The position numbers and the translations under genes were made by a program. This document shows positions 43,458 to 52,588 of a stretch of 64,000 nucleotides of DNA, piece after piece. Within the stretch, counting starts at the first letter, position 1. The number at the start of each line of letters is the position of its first letter. Source of the stretch: Gammaproteobacteria bacterium F7 (GTDB lineage Bacteria; Pseudomonadota; Gammaproteobacteria; Pseudomonadales; IMCC2047). The stretch covers positions 16,077-80,076 of the forward strand of contig LUKI01000002.1 of NCBI GenBank assembly GCA_001593685.1. The letters run 5' to 3'. The notes beneath the pieces were generated by a model. That model was not told where the DNA came from and searched no databases. It saw only the letters and a program-made list of their open reading frames with translations.

Positions 43458-45557
43458 ATGCGCAAAGTAATCAGTCTGATTGCCGAACTACTCATCATCA
43501 CAGCGGCGCTCTTTATCGCTGATTATTGGCAAGCGCACGCCAATGTTATCCCTCGCTCATTGATTCACTTGCCGCAGGTAGACTATACCCAAGCCGAGTT
43601 CTGGCAAATTCTGAAAATATTTCTAGGTCTACACCTAATCGCTATTTTGTTAATGCAGCTAAAAGCCGGCGCCTGGACAATGTCTAACGCCAAACGCAGC
43701 ACTAATGAGCTATTCCTTCTGGTTGCCACTTACTCCATCTCCGCACTCACGATTTTCCTCGCTACCACTATCAACTTCGATCCTGATTTGATGGCCGGCA
43801 TTGGCATTTCTACCGTAGGACTCATTCTTCTCACCCACATCACCGCCGCGCTGATCAATGGCACCCGTTTTCCTGCGTTATTTACGGCGCTTTTTTCTGC
43901 CCTGTTTAAACGCCTGTTTTCAGTCATTGGCCTGTTAGTGCTAGTGCTGGCGATCACCCCCGCCATCATGGCCTATTTTTTCACCAGTAACCGCGACTTC
44001 GCCAATGTTGTTACGCAAATGCGTATTAATATCAGCGGTTTTTTCAGCGCTGAGCTCAACTACAGCCTAGTTTCCGCAACCGGCGACTACCGCTTTCATC
44101 AACCGATGCTGGCGCGCATGGCTCCGAACGATAACAGCACGCTTTACGTGCTCGAACGCTCCGGGCGTATTCTGAAATTACCGTACCCCTACTCAGCCTC
44201 AACACCACCTGAGGTAGTGATGAACTTACAGGATAAGGTTGGGTATGTTGAGGTCGAAAATGGCGCCCTTGGGTTTACCTTTCACCCTGAATTTGGCAAA
44301 ACTGATTCAAGCAATTCGGGATTTCTTTATATCTATTACACCGATGTACGAGACGACAAACAGGTCAATCGAGTATCACGTTTTAACCTCCATGCAGGAT
44401 CAACCACTGATATCATTCAGTCTGAAACACCGCTACTAACACTCAACAGGGAGTCGAGTGGCTTCCACAATGGCGGCTCTGTTGAGTTTGGTCCGGACGG
44501 TTTTCTCTATATCGCCCTTGGTGAAGGCATTCACCTGAAAGAAAGATCACAGGCAAAAACACTGCGTCAGGGCATTATCCGTGTTGATGTTGATATGCAA
44601 GGCGGCGAGATTAGCCATCCAATACGAAAAAACCCGATAAACGGTAAGTCTGAGAATTACTATATTCCAAACGACAATCCCTTCGTTGGCCGCAATGATA
44701 TCCGAGAAGAGTATTGGGCGATTGGATTACGTAACCCTTTTAGAATTTCGTTTGATCAGGAAACCAATGAGCTATGGGTTGGTGACGTTGGTTCCACCAA
44801 ATGGGAAGAGGTTAATCGCATTGAAAAAGGCGGTAACTATCAATTCCCGTATGCCGAAGGTTATGAGCAAGCCTGGGCAAGTAAACCTGATCCTCTGATT
44901 GGCAATGAATCTGAGCCAGTCTACACCTATCTGCATACGGCTTATGACCGAGCGGTCATTGGTGGCATCGTTTACCGAAACGGCAAATTTACAAAACTTT
45001 CAGGTCAATATGTGTTTGCCGATAATTACTCGTCAAAAATATTCGCCATGCCGACAGATCAAACTCGTATTGAAACAGTTCAAGAGATTGCCAGAGCCAG
45101 CCAGTACGCACAGCGAGGCGTCAGCTCTGTCTCCCAGTTACCTAATGGTGATGTTCTTGTTACTACTTTAGGCCGGGCAAGTGCCCCAACCGGAGAGGTG
45201 CTAAAATTAAGCGATGGCGATATCGTTCAAACAACTGTCCCTACAGAAACCTCTGTCCCTATCATTGTTTCAAAACAAGAAGCCAAAAGTTTGTATGTTA
45301 CAAATTGCGCTCGTTGTCATGGCGAACAAGGAAAAGGCGAGGGCCCAGACTCCAGTTTACTTGGCGTGAATCTACCCGATTTTTCCAGTTCAACTTTTCA
45401 CTCTACTCGAACAAACAGCGCCATAAGCCAAGTTATTCGTGATGGCGGAAACGAAGTCGGTTTAAGCCCCTTGATGCCACCCTGGAAAGAGATACTGGAA
45501 GAGGAAGAAATAGAGGCACTGACACAACACATTCGGTCACTTCAAAAACAGAACTAA
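43458..45557 (+). CDS. PQQ-dependent sugar (glucose/sorbosone-type) dehydrogenase with an N-terminal 5-TM domain and a C-terminal cytochrome c domain
   Basis: About 5 TM helices in residues 1-180. The SGDH beta-propeller motifs are GLRNPFRISFD and GGNYQFPYAEG. Heme motif CARCHG with a distal PLMPPW. SD AAGGA. Confidence 0.75.
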   Translation: MRKVISLIAELLIITAALFIADYWQAHANVIPRSLIHLPQVDYTQAEFWQILKIFLGLHLIAILLMQLKAGAWTMSNAKRSTNELFLLVATYSISALTIFLATTINFDPDLMAGIGISTVGLILLTHITAALINGTRFPALFTALFSALFKRLFSVIGLLVLVLAITPAIMAYFFTSNRDFANVVTQMRINISGFFSAELNYSLVSATGDYRFHQPMLARMAPNDNSTLYVLERSGRILKLPYPYSASTPPEVVMNLQDKVGYVEVENGALGFTFHPEFGKTDSSNSGFLYIYYTDVRDDKQVNRVSRFNLHAGSTTDIIQSETPLLTLNRESSGFHNGGSVEFGPDGFLYIALGEGIHLKERSQAKTLRQGIIRVDVDMQGGEISHPIRKNPINGKSENYYIPNDNPFVGRNDIREEYWAIGLRNPFRISFDQETNELWVGDVGSTKWEEVNRIEKGGNYQFPYAEGYEQAWASKPDPLIGNESEPVYTYLHTAYDRAVIGGIVYRNGKFTKLSGQYVFADNYSSKIFAMPTDQTRIETVQEIARASQYAQRGVSSVSQLPNGDVLVTTLGRASAPTGEVLKLSDGDIVQTTVPTETSVPIIVSKQEAKSLYVTNCARCHGEQGKGEGPDSSLLGVNLPDFSSSTFHSTRTNSAISQVIRDGGNEVGLSPLMPPWKEILEEEEIEALTQHIRSLQKQN

Positions 45558-45563
45558 CACCGA

Positions 45564-45593
45564 CTGCAGGTAGGCTTATGCCTTACCTGCCAG
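45564..45593. terminator. Bidirectional hairpin between convergent genes
   Basis: 12-bp stem with two single-nt bulges: CTGCAGGTAGGC (45564-45575) / GCCTTACCTGCCAG (45580-45593). The loop TTAT contains the stop codon of the minus-strand gene. Both flanks are T-rich. Confidence 0.5.
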
Positions 45594-46874
45594 TTGTTGG
45601 TGCGGCTGATCAACTCCAACTTTAGATTTGTCATTGAGCTCATTGATTACAATCACTCGACAAATAATGATGATTGAGACAAGGTGCCAGGGCAAATCAA
45701 AATAAGAAAGTTGCAGGAAAGCGCCACCAACCCCATAGGCAATAAAGCTCACATGCATCATACGCATGAGGTCAGCTGCCCATTTCAAGTCAGGACTACC
45801 CCTCGCTTTTTTAATAATGCCGCTAGCCATCCGCCAAGCACTAATAAAGATACTGGCAAATAAAATAAAACCTATCCAGCCATGCTCGCCAATCATATTA
45901 AAGTAAATACTGTGCGCGGCCGTATAGCGATCCCAATCTTCAGGGTTATCACTGTAAAGGCGATAAGTGGTGGGTTTCCAGGTATTAAATCCTCCTCCCG
46001 TAATGCGCCCGTTACCTAGATTGAATGCCATTTTCCACGCCGCAATACGGCCCATGGCGGAATCATCTTCCTGGTAGTTTTCAATCAATCCCATTCGATC
46101 ATGCCAGCTCTGAGGCATAAACGAAAATATCCCGATAGCTAAGAGAACCATCAGCACGCCACTCAGCAGCTTTCCTGGTGTCTTTAACCACAAAAAAGCG
46201 CCCGTGGCACAAATAGCTAACAAAGCACCACGAGACTGGGAGCCAATAACCGATATAACCATCAATAGCATGGCTCCAAGCATCAAATGCCGGACAATGG
46301 CTCTCTTAGCCTGCATTCTTAGATAATAAAAAAGCGGTAGAACCATTAACAATGCGACTGCAAGCGCATTATTTTCCTGAATATAGCCCCCCGGCGGCCC
46401 CCAGACTCGCCCACCACCAAGTGTTTGTATTGTAAAAAGGCCGCCTTTAATGCCATAAAAGCCAATGGAAAGGGCAATAACCCATAATAAAATATCAACC
46501 TCTTTACGGGTTCTGATGACCATCATCGTTAAGAAAATGATCAGCTGAATCTTCATTACTTTTGCATATTGTTCCCAGGCATGATCCGAATACATGGCAA
46601 AAATAGTCGTGACCAATAGCCAGGCAAGAAAAACGAACCACAAAACCACTAAGCCATTCATGGGAATTCGCTTTGGCTGCTTCCAAAACAAAATACTCAA
46701 TAAAGTCGCTAACGCTACGGACTGTGCAAAAGGAAAGCTATAGGCAAAACCAAATGTCAGCCTATGTGGGTTCATATAACCCAACCAGCTCCAGGCGTAA
46801 ATCCCCACCTGCGGTCGCATTAGAATCCAAGGAAGTAGCCCCCCAACAATGATCAATAAAGCTATATCGCGCAT
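45576..46874 (-). CDS. O-antigen ligase-like membrane protein ('putative O-glycosylation ligase, exosortase A system-associated' type)
   Basis: 432 aa with about 10-12 TM helices and a Wzy_C-like loop (GSQSRGALLA). Last gene of the XrtA array. Family recalled as TIGR03097. Confidence 0.7.
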   Translation of the reverse strand: MRDIALLIIVGGLLPWILMRPQVGIYAWSWLGYMNPHRLTFGFAYSFPFAQSVALATLLSILFWKQPKRIPMNGLVVLWFVFLAWLLVTTIFAMYSDHAWEQYAKVMKIQLIIFLTMMVIRTRKEVDILLWVIALSIGFYGIKGGLFTIQTLGGGRVWGPPGGYIQENNALAVALLMVLPLFYYLRMQAKRAIVRHLMLGAMLLMVISVIGSQSRGALLAICATGAFLWLKTPGKLLSGVLMVLLAIGIFSFMPQSWHDRMGLIENYQEDDSAMGRIAAWKMAFNLGNGRITGGGFNTWKPTTYRLYSDNPEDWDRYTAAHSIYFNMIGEHGWIGFILFASIFISAWRMASGIIKKARGSPDLKWAADLMRMMHVSFIAYGVGGAFLQLSYFDLPWHLVSIIIICRVIVINELNDKSKVGVDQPHQQLAGKA

Positions 46875-46914
46875 CTAACTCTTCGTTCCCTGGTCAACCA
46901 TTTTCAGTTCTTTC

Positions 46915-48264
46915 TTAAAGCGCATGACTAATGACGTAACGCATTTTACCAGAGCGCTCAGCTGCAATATCAGCCACCTTATCGATGACAATCTCAACCG
47001 TCTGCCCTAACCGTTGTTGAAAACCCGTTTTAATCTGTAGCTCTTTTTGCTCATCAAAATTCGCATTCACCACCACCAACACTCGTGTTTTATCACGCGA
47101 CTCCTGCACAATTTTGAACTGCTCGACTCCTTCCAGGTCGCGAACAATATAAATCAGTGCTAACCCGTGCATCAGCGTGCCGTCCTGCGCAACAATAAAG
47201 TCCGTGGTGCGCCCTTCGATCTCGGCTAATACAGGCAAGCCTCGTCCACAGCTGCAAAGCTCATCACTTAACACCCCAATGTCACCCGTTTTATAACGGA
47301 TAAAAGGGTAATGCTGTGTCGCCAAATGCGTTACAACAATTTCACCGCTCTCACCTGCCGGTAATACATGCCCCTGCTCATCGACTATTTCGACAATAAT
47401 ATCTTCCGACGTGATGTGCAGACTACCGGACGGACATTGATGGGCAATAAACCCTGCATCACGCCCGCCATAGCCATTCGCCACCGGGCAGGCAAAGGTT
47501 TTCTCAATCACGTCTCGTTGATGGTCATAGAGCCGCTCTGAGGTGACAAACACCACTTTAATGCCCAAGTCGTTAAGCTGAATATTTCGCTCTGCTGCAT
47601 GTTTAGCTAACAACGCAAAGGCCGAGGGGTAACCAAACAACATCTTAGGCCGAAAGCTTTTGATCTCTTCGATAAAGCCATCCAGTTTTGCCTCGGTCAT
47701 TTCAAACGCTGGCAGCAGCTTTGTGCGCAGCAATTTATCACGCACAAGACGGACATAGTCCTGGGAGCCCAGCTCAATCGGTGATCCCCACAACACAATT
47801 TCCCGGTCTCCTATATCCACGTCCCACCAACGTGTTGCCCTCCATTTAGCGGCAACATCATGGCTAACCCTTTCATTGCCGATGTAAAAAACCAAAGGCT
47901 CGCCACTGGAACCACCGGTATTAAAGCGTGCCAAGCCAGACGCGTTATCGGCCTTTAAATCATCGCTGTTCTCGCGAATAACCGGCTTGGTTAAAAAGGG
48001 TAGTTTCTGGAGATCGGCGGCTGTTTTGATGCTGTCGACATCCAAACCAAGATCGGTAAACAGGCGCTGATAGTAGGGTACGTGTTCGTTCACACTCCGC
48101 AAAAACGACTGCAAACGCTGGTTTTGGTAGTCACTTAGCTTTTCTGGTGACCACCACTGGCTTTGCTCCATGGCATTTTTAACAGCCACGGTATCGTGCT
48201 TCTTGAGCTTCTCATGCACAGGAAACACACAGCGTGTAATGAAGTTGGTATAGAGACTGGCCAT
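46915..48264 (-). CDS. Phenylacetate-CoA ligase family (PaaK/CapK/F390-synthetase-like) adenylating enzyme
   Basis: NTGGSSGEPLVFY P-loop variant, GYGGRDAGF, YKTGDIG and a C-terminal GKMRYV motif, typical of PaaK-like proteins in capsule loci. Confidence 0.7.
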   Translation of the reverse strand: MASLYTNFITRCVFPVHEKLKKHDTVAVKNAMEQSQWWSPEKLSDYQNQRLQSFLRSVNEHVPYYQRLFTDLGLDVDSIKTAADLQKLPFLTKPVIRENSDDLKADNASGLARFNTGGSSGEPLVFYIGNERVSHDVAAKWRATRWWDVDIGDREIVLWGSPIELGSQDYVRLVRDKLLRTKLLPAFEMTEAKLDGFIEEIKSFRPKMLFGYPSAFALLAKHAAERNIQLNDLGIKVVFVTSERLYDHQRDVIEKTFACPVANGYGGRDAGFIAHQCPSGSLHITSEDIIVEIVDEQGHVLPAGESGEIVVTHLATQHYPFIRYKTGDIGVLSDELCSCGRGLPVLAEIEGRTTDFIVAQDGTLMHGLALIYIVRDLEGVEQFKIVQESRDKTRVLVVVNANFDEQKELQIKTGFQQRLGQTVEIVIDKVADIAAERSGKMRYVISHAL

Positions 48265-49358
48265 TATCGCCTGACCACTCGACTATAACTTTCTGCTAAT
48301 GCCTCTAGCACCTTATGTTTATCAAATCGATCGGCCACGCTTTTACCTTGCTGTACCAACTGATCACGGAGTCCCCGATCTTCAAACACCCGCAACACAG
48401 CCTCAGCCAACATCTCGGGTTGCTGCGGTGGAACCAGCAGTGCTGATTCGCCATCACAAACCAAGTCAGGAATACCGCCGACATTTGAGCTCACCACGGG
48501 CACACCAGACGCCAATGCTTCAATTAAAGAGTTGGGAGAATTATCAACGGTACTGGCATTCAAGAGCAGGTCGGCGTCCTTGTACAATTGAGCAATTTGT
48601 TCTGGATCCAGACGGCCAGTGAAGGTTACCTCAGCCTCAATACCCAGTTTTGATACCTGCTCTTTGAGTACCCCCTCTTCCGGCCCACTGCCGGCGACCG
48701 TTAATCTGGCTTCTGGGTATTGCTGTTTTAGCAATGCAAAGGCGCTAAGCACCGTATCAACACCATAAATCTTTTCCAGATTGCGCGTCACCACTAAATG
48801 TGGAGCTTTATCGTTAAAGATTTTTTTATCTTCAAACTGGAATCGCTGTAAATCTAAAATATTTGGTACCACACTGCTCGGCACCATGCGTCGGGCAAAT
48901 ACCCGTTGTAAAAAAGCAGAAGGCACGACCACTACCCGACATCTATTAACGGTCGGTGAAACCCATAGCCAAGAGCGCTCAAAAAAAGCGTCTGCTTCAC
49001 CACCTCGGTAATTCAGCACCACCGGTTTTCTCAAAAGCCAAGCAACCCAGACAGCCGGAGCTGCAAACAAATGCCAGGACCAGCCCGAGTTCGCCAGAAC
49101 ATGAACCAGGTCAGACCTACGAATTTGCAGAATTAACTGCCAGAAATAAGGGATCAGACGAAACAGTGCACGCACGCCTTTAACATTTTCAATAAAGGCA
49201 GGCTTATAGGGTGAATTGACGCGGACAAAATTAACCTGCGCACCGCCTGACTGTAACAAAGCCACCAGCTGCTGCGCTTGATTGGCCATACCACCAGCTG
49301 GCGGCGGCAAAGGACCAACCACGGCAATACTTAATGTTTTAAGGATATCCTTCGGCAA
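48264..49358 (-). CDS. Glycosyltransferase family 4
   Basis: N-terminal GPLPPPAGGMANQ and C-terminal NASTVDNSPNSLIEALASGVPVVS (EX7E). Shares 1 nt with the downstream gene's start. Confidence 0.8.
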   Translation of the reverse strand: MPKDILKTLSIAVVGPLPPPAGGMANQAQQLVALLQSGGAQVNFVRVNSPYKPAFIENVKGVRALFRLIPYFWQLILQIRRSDLVHVLANSGWSWHLFAAPAVWVAWLLRKPVVLNYRGGEADAFFERSWLWVSPTVNRCRVVVVPSAFLQRVFARRMVPSSVVPNILDLQRFQFEDKKIFNDKAPHLVVTRNLEKIYGVDTVLSAFALLKQQYPEARLTVAGSGPEEGVLKEQVSKLGIEAEVTFTGRLDPEQIAQLYKDADLLLNASTVDNSPNSLIEALASGVPVVSSNVGGIPDLVCDGESALLVPPQQPEMLAEAVLRVFEDRGLRDQLVQQGKSVADRFDKHKVLEALAESYSRVVRR

Positions 49359-49361
49359 GGG

Positions 49362-50564
49362 TTAGCCCACCAAACTACTATAGAGCGGCTGATAATTAGC
49401 AACGCTGTTGGCCCAGTTGCGTTCATTCTCCACGTACTCCCGCCCATTGATTCGGATGTTCGCCCAGCCAGACTGCTGATCAAACACCTCAAGTACTGTT
49501 GAAGCCAGTGACGATTCATCGCCGCTTTTGAACAAGTACCCATTTTCCCGATCGCGAATCAGCTCCTTGTGGCCGCCCACATCAGAGGCCACCACAATCT
49601 TACCCTGCGCCATTGCCTCCAGCGGTTTCAGGGGCGTCACCAGCTCTGTCAGACGCATCGGTAAACGCGGATAAACCAGCACATCCACCAAGTCATAGTA
49701 ACCCTGCACCTGCTCGTGTGGCACTCGTCCGGTGAAAACCACCTTGTCTTCGAGTCCTAAGCTTTTTACCTGCTGTTTCAGGTTTTCATCCTGTGGACCG
49801 CCACCCACCAGCAATACTCGTATGCTGTTATCCTGCGTTAATAGTGATGGCAACGCAGATACCAACAAGTCCAGCCCTTCGTAAGCGTAAAAAGAACCCA
49901 GAAAGCCCAGTACTTTGCAGCCGTCAAAACCCAGTTTAGTTTTCAGGTCGGCGTCAGCTTCACCACCTTCGCTGAATTTATCAATATCAACCGCATTTGG
50001 AATCACGGTAATTTTTTGGGCCGCAATGCCACGATCAATCATTTCATTACGCAGCCCCTCACAGATCGTGGTCACTGCAGAGGCCCGTTTAAGCAGATAG
50101 GTTTCACTCGCCCGTGTCAGCCGGTAGCGAAGCCCCCACTCACTGCTGGTGCCGTGATCTACCGCAGCATCTTCCCAAAAGGCACGGACTTCATAGACCA
50201 ACGGTAAATTAAACTGTTTGGCAACCTTCAAAGCCGCCAAGCCATTTAATGAGGGTGAATGTGCATGCAGCACATCGGGCTTAACTTCCTGAACCACTTC
50301 AATCAACCGCTTTTGTAACGCACTAACAATACTGAACTGGCTCAGAATCGGTACAGTGCTCAGGCCTCCAGAAACAGGGGAGGTACGATAGAAGGTTAAA
50401 CCATCAACCTCTTCTTTAAGTGTTTCAACCTCACCCTGTTTCGGGCTGGTCACATGAAAGGTTTCCCAGCCCCGCGCACGCTGCTGATTAAGAATATTAC
50501 GCGTACGGAAGGTATAACCACTGTGTAGCGGGATCGAGTGATCAAGAATATGAAGAATGCGCAT
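49362..50564 (-). CDS. Glycosyltransferase family 4, exosortase A system-associated type
   Basis: MRILHILDHSIPLHSGY N-terminus and the EX7E region PLKPLEAMAQGKIVVASDVGG. The position next to the amidotransferase is as recalled for XrtA loci. Confidence 0.8.
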   Translation of the reverse strand: MRILHILDHSIPLHSGYTFRTRNILNQQRARGWETFHVTSPKQGEVETLKEEVDGLTFYRTSPVSGGLSTVPILSQFSIVSALQKRLIEVVQEVKPDVLHAHSPSLNGLAALKVAKQFNLPLVYEVRAFWEDAAVDHGTSSEWGLRYRLTRASETYLLKRASAVTTICEGLRNEMIDRGIAAQKITVIPNAVDIDKFSEGGEADADLKTKLGFDGCKVLGFLGSFYAYEGLDLLVSALPSLLTQDNSIRVLLVGGGPQDENLKQQVKSLGLEDKVVFTGRVPHEQVQGYYDLVDVLVYPRLPMRLTELVTPLKPLEAMAQGKIVVASDVGGHKELIRDRENGYLFKSGDESSLASTVLEVFDQQSGWANIRINGREYVENERNWANSVANYQPLYSSLVG

Positions 50565-50576
50565 CAGTTTCTTTAC

Positions 50577-52505
50577 CTAGGCTGCTTTGCGTTGTTCAAT
50601 GCCTAGCACGCACTGACGGTAGAAAGATTCAAACATCAACAACGACCAAAGGGCCGCACTGTGATCATTACGGCCGCTCTGATGGTTATCGACCAATTGT
50701 TTGATATAGGCCATGTCAAACAATCCGGTATTGGCCATCGTTTCACTTAGCAATGAATCTCGGATACGTTGTTTTAACGGCCCTCTAAACCATTTACCCA
50801 GAGGCACACCGAAGCCCATTTTGGGGCGGTATAAAATATCATGCGGCAGATGCGGTTCCAGGCATTTTTTGAAAATATCTTTGCCGCTGCTCCCTTTAAG
50901 CTTCAGTCGCGAAGGTATGGCCGTCGCCCACTCCACCAGCTTGTGATCCAACAGAGGAACTCGCACCTCTAAGGCATGGGCCATGCTGGCACGGTCCACC
51001 TTGGTTAAAATATCACCCGGCAGGTAAGTTTTCATATCGATGTACTGAATTAACGACAACTTATCTTTAGTTGGCGCCTGACTAGCGTGCTCGTGAAAAA
51101 CACTGACTGCGTTATATCCCTTCAAATCGTCCTTTAACTGTTTGGAAAACAACTTCTGCCGCTGCGCGTCAGTGGTCAGGGATACACTGTGGAAATAGCT
51201 TTCAACCGAATCACGGGCAAAGCCCTGAAAGGTTGATTTAGCCCGGAATATTTTCGGTGCCCAATCGGCTTTAGGATAGATTTTACCCAACAAACCGAAC
51301 ACCGGTTTACGGATCGCCAGCGGCAGATAGCCACGCACTTTCTCTTCGTTCATGTGCCAGCGGTAACGACGATAGCCCGCAAATAGTTCGTCGCCTCCAT
51401 CACCAGACAAGGCAACGGTAACACGCTTTTTCGCTAACTCGCAGACTCGATAGGTCGGCATTGCAGAGCTATCCGCATAAGGCTCGTCATAAAGCAAGGC
51501 CAGCTGATCAATCAGGTCAAAGTCATCCGGCTCAACCGTACTTTCATGGTGGTTGGTTTTATATTGGTCCGCCACCATTTGCGCGAACTCTGTTTCGTTA
51601 AAGTTCTTTTCATTAAAGCCAATGGCACAGGTGTTAACGGCGCCTTCGCCCCGCTCTTCGCTTAGCTGTGCCATCATCGCTACGACACCGCCGGAGTCCA
51701 CACCACCCGATAAAAACGCTCCCAGCGGCACTTCTGCCAACATGCGAATGTCGACCGCTTCTTTAAAACGATCAACCAATTCATTATTAATTTCCTCATC
51801 CGTCAGCTGGTTGGTATCCACAAAGGGGATTTTCCAATACTCACGTGGCGCGGGTAACTTACCATCACGTTTAAGGGTTAACGTATGCGCAGGCGGCAGT
51901 TTATAAACGCCTTCATAGATAGTTCGAGGTTCAGGGATATAGCCCAGCGCGAAGTAATCTTCTACTGCATGATGATCAATGTTTTTAGGTAAATCCGGAT
52001 GCGCTGCCAGTACCTTCAGCTCAGAGCCAAACACCAGCTGATTGTTTGGTAACACGGTGTAATACAACGGCTTGATACCAAGCCGGTCACGCGCCATAAA
52101 CAGCGTTTCTTTATTTCGATCCCAAATCGCAAAGGCAAACATGCCTCGTAGATGGTCCACGCAGTTTTCGCCCCAGGCCTCCCAGGCATGCACGATGGCT
52201 TCGGTATCAGAATGCGTTTTAAACTCGTAACCAAGCGGCTCCAGTTCCTGTCGCAGTTCCTTGAAATTATAAACTTCACCGTTGAATACAATCACCACAC
52301 TGCCATCATGATTGAAGAGTGGCTGTTGGCCAGTGGAGATATCAATAATCGACAATCGACGGTGAGCCAAACCAACACCCGGTTCAAAATGCAAACCGCC
52401 TTCATCCGGCCCACGATGAAACTGTCGATCATTCATGTCAGCCAAAAGCTGTTGGTTAATCTCGCTTTTTTGCTGGAGATCAAAAATGCCTGCAATGCCG
52501 CACAT
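50577..52505 (-). CDS. Asparagine synthetase (glutamine-hydrolysing) family amidotransferase, 'amidotransferase 1, exosortase A system-associated' type
   Basis: Canonical Ntn start MCGIAGIF, then HRGPDE and the PP-loop FLSGGVDS. Family recalled as TIGR03108. Confidence 0.85.
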   Translation of the reverse strand: MCGIAGIFDLQQKSEINQQLLADMNDRQFHRGPDEGGLHFEPGVGLAHRRLSIIDISTGQQPLFNHDGSVVIVFNGEVYNFKELRQELEPLGYEFKTHSDTEAIVHAWEAWGENCVDHLRGMFAFAIWDRNKETLFMARDRLGIKPLYYTVLPNNQLVFGSELKVLAAHPDLPKNIDHHAVEDYFALGYIPEPRTIYEGVYKLPPAHTLTLKRDGKLPAPREYWKIPFVDTNQLTDEEINNELVDRFKEAVDIRMLAEVPLGAFLSGGVDSGGVVAMMAQLSEERGEGAVNTCAIGFNEKNFNETEFAQMVADQYKTNHHESTVEPDDFDLIDQLALLYDEPYADSSAMPTYRVCELAKKRVTVALSGDGGDELFAGYRRYRWHMNEEKVRGYLPLAIRKPVFGLLGKIYPKADWAPKIFRAKSTFQGFARDSVESYFHSVSLTTDAQRQKLFSKQLKDDLKGYNAVSVFHEHASQAPTKDKLSLIQYIDMKTYLPGDILTKVDRASMAHALEVRVPLLDHKLVEWATAIPSRLKLKGSSGKDIFKKCLEPHLPHDILYRPKMGFGVPLGKWFRGPLKQRIRDSLLSETMANTGLFDMAYIKQLVDNHQSGRNDHSAALWSLLMFESFYRQCVLGIEQRKAA

Positions 52506-52588
52506 ACGTGAGTGGAATCCCTTAAAAAATCGTTATAAATCTATTAGTTAAAGATAGTCGCTTGCCTGTATTTGTGAAGCGCTGACCG

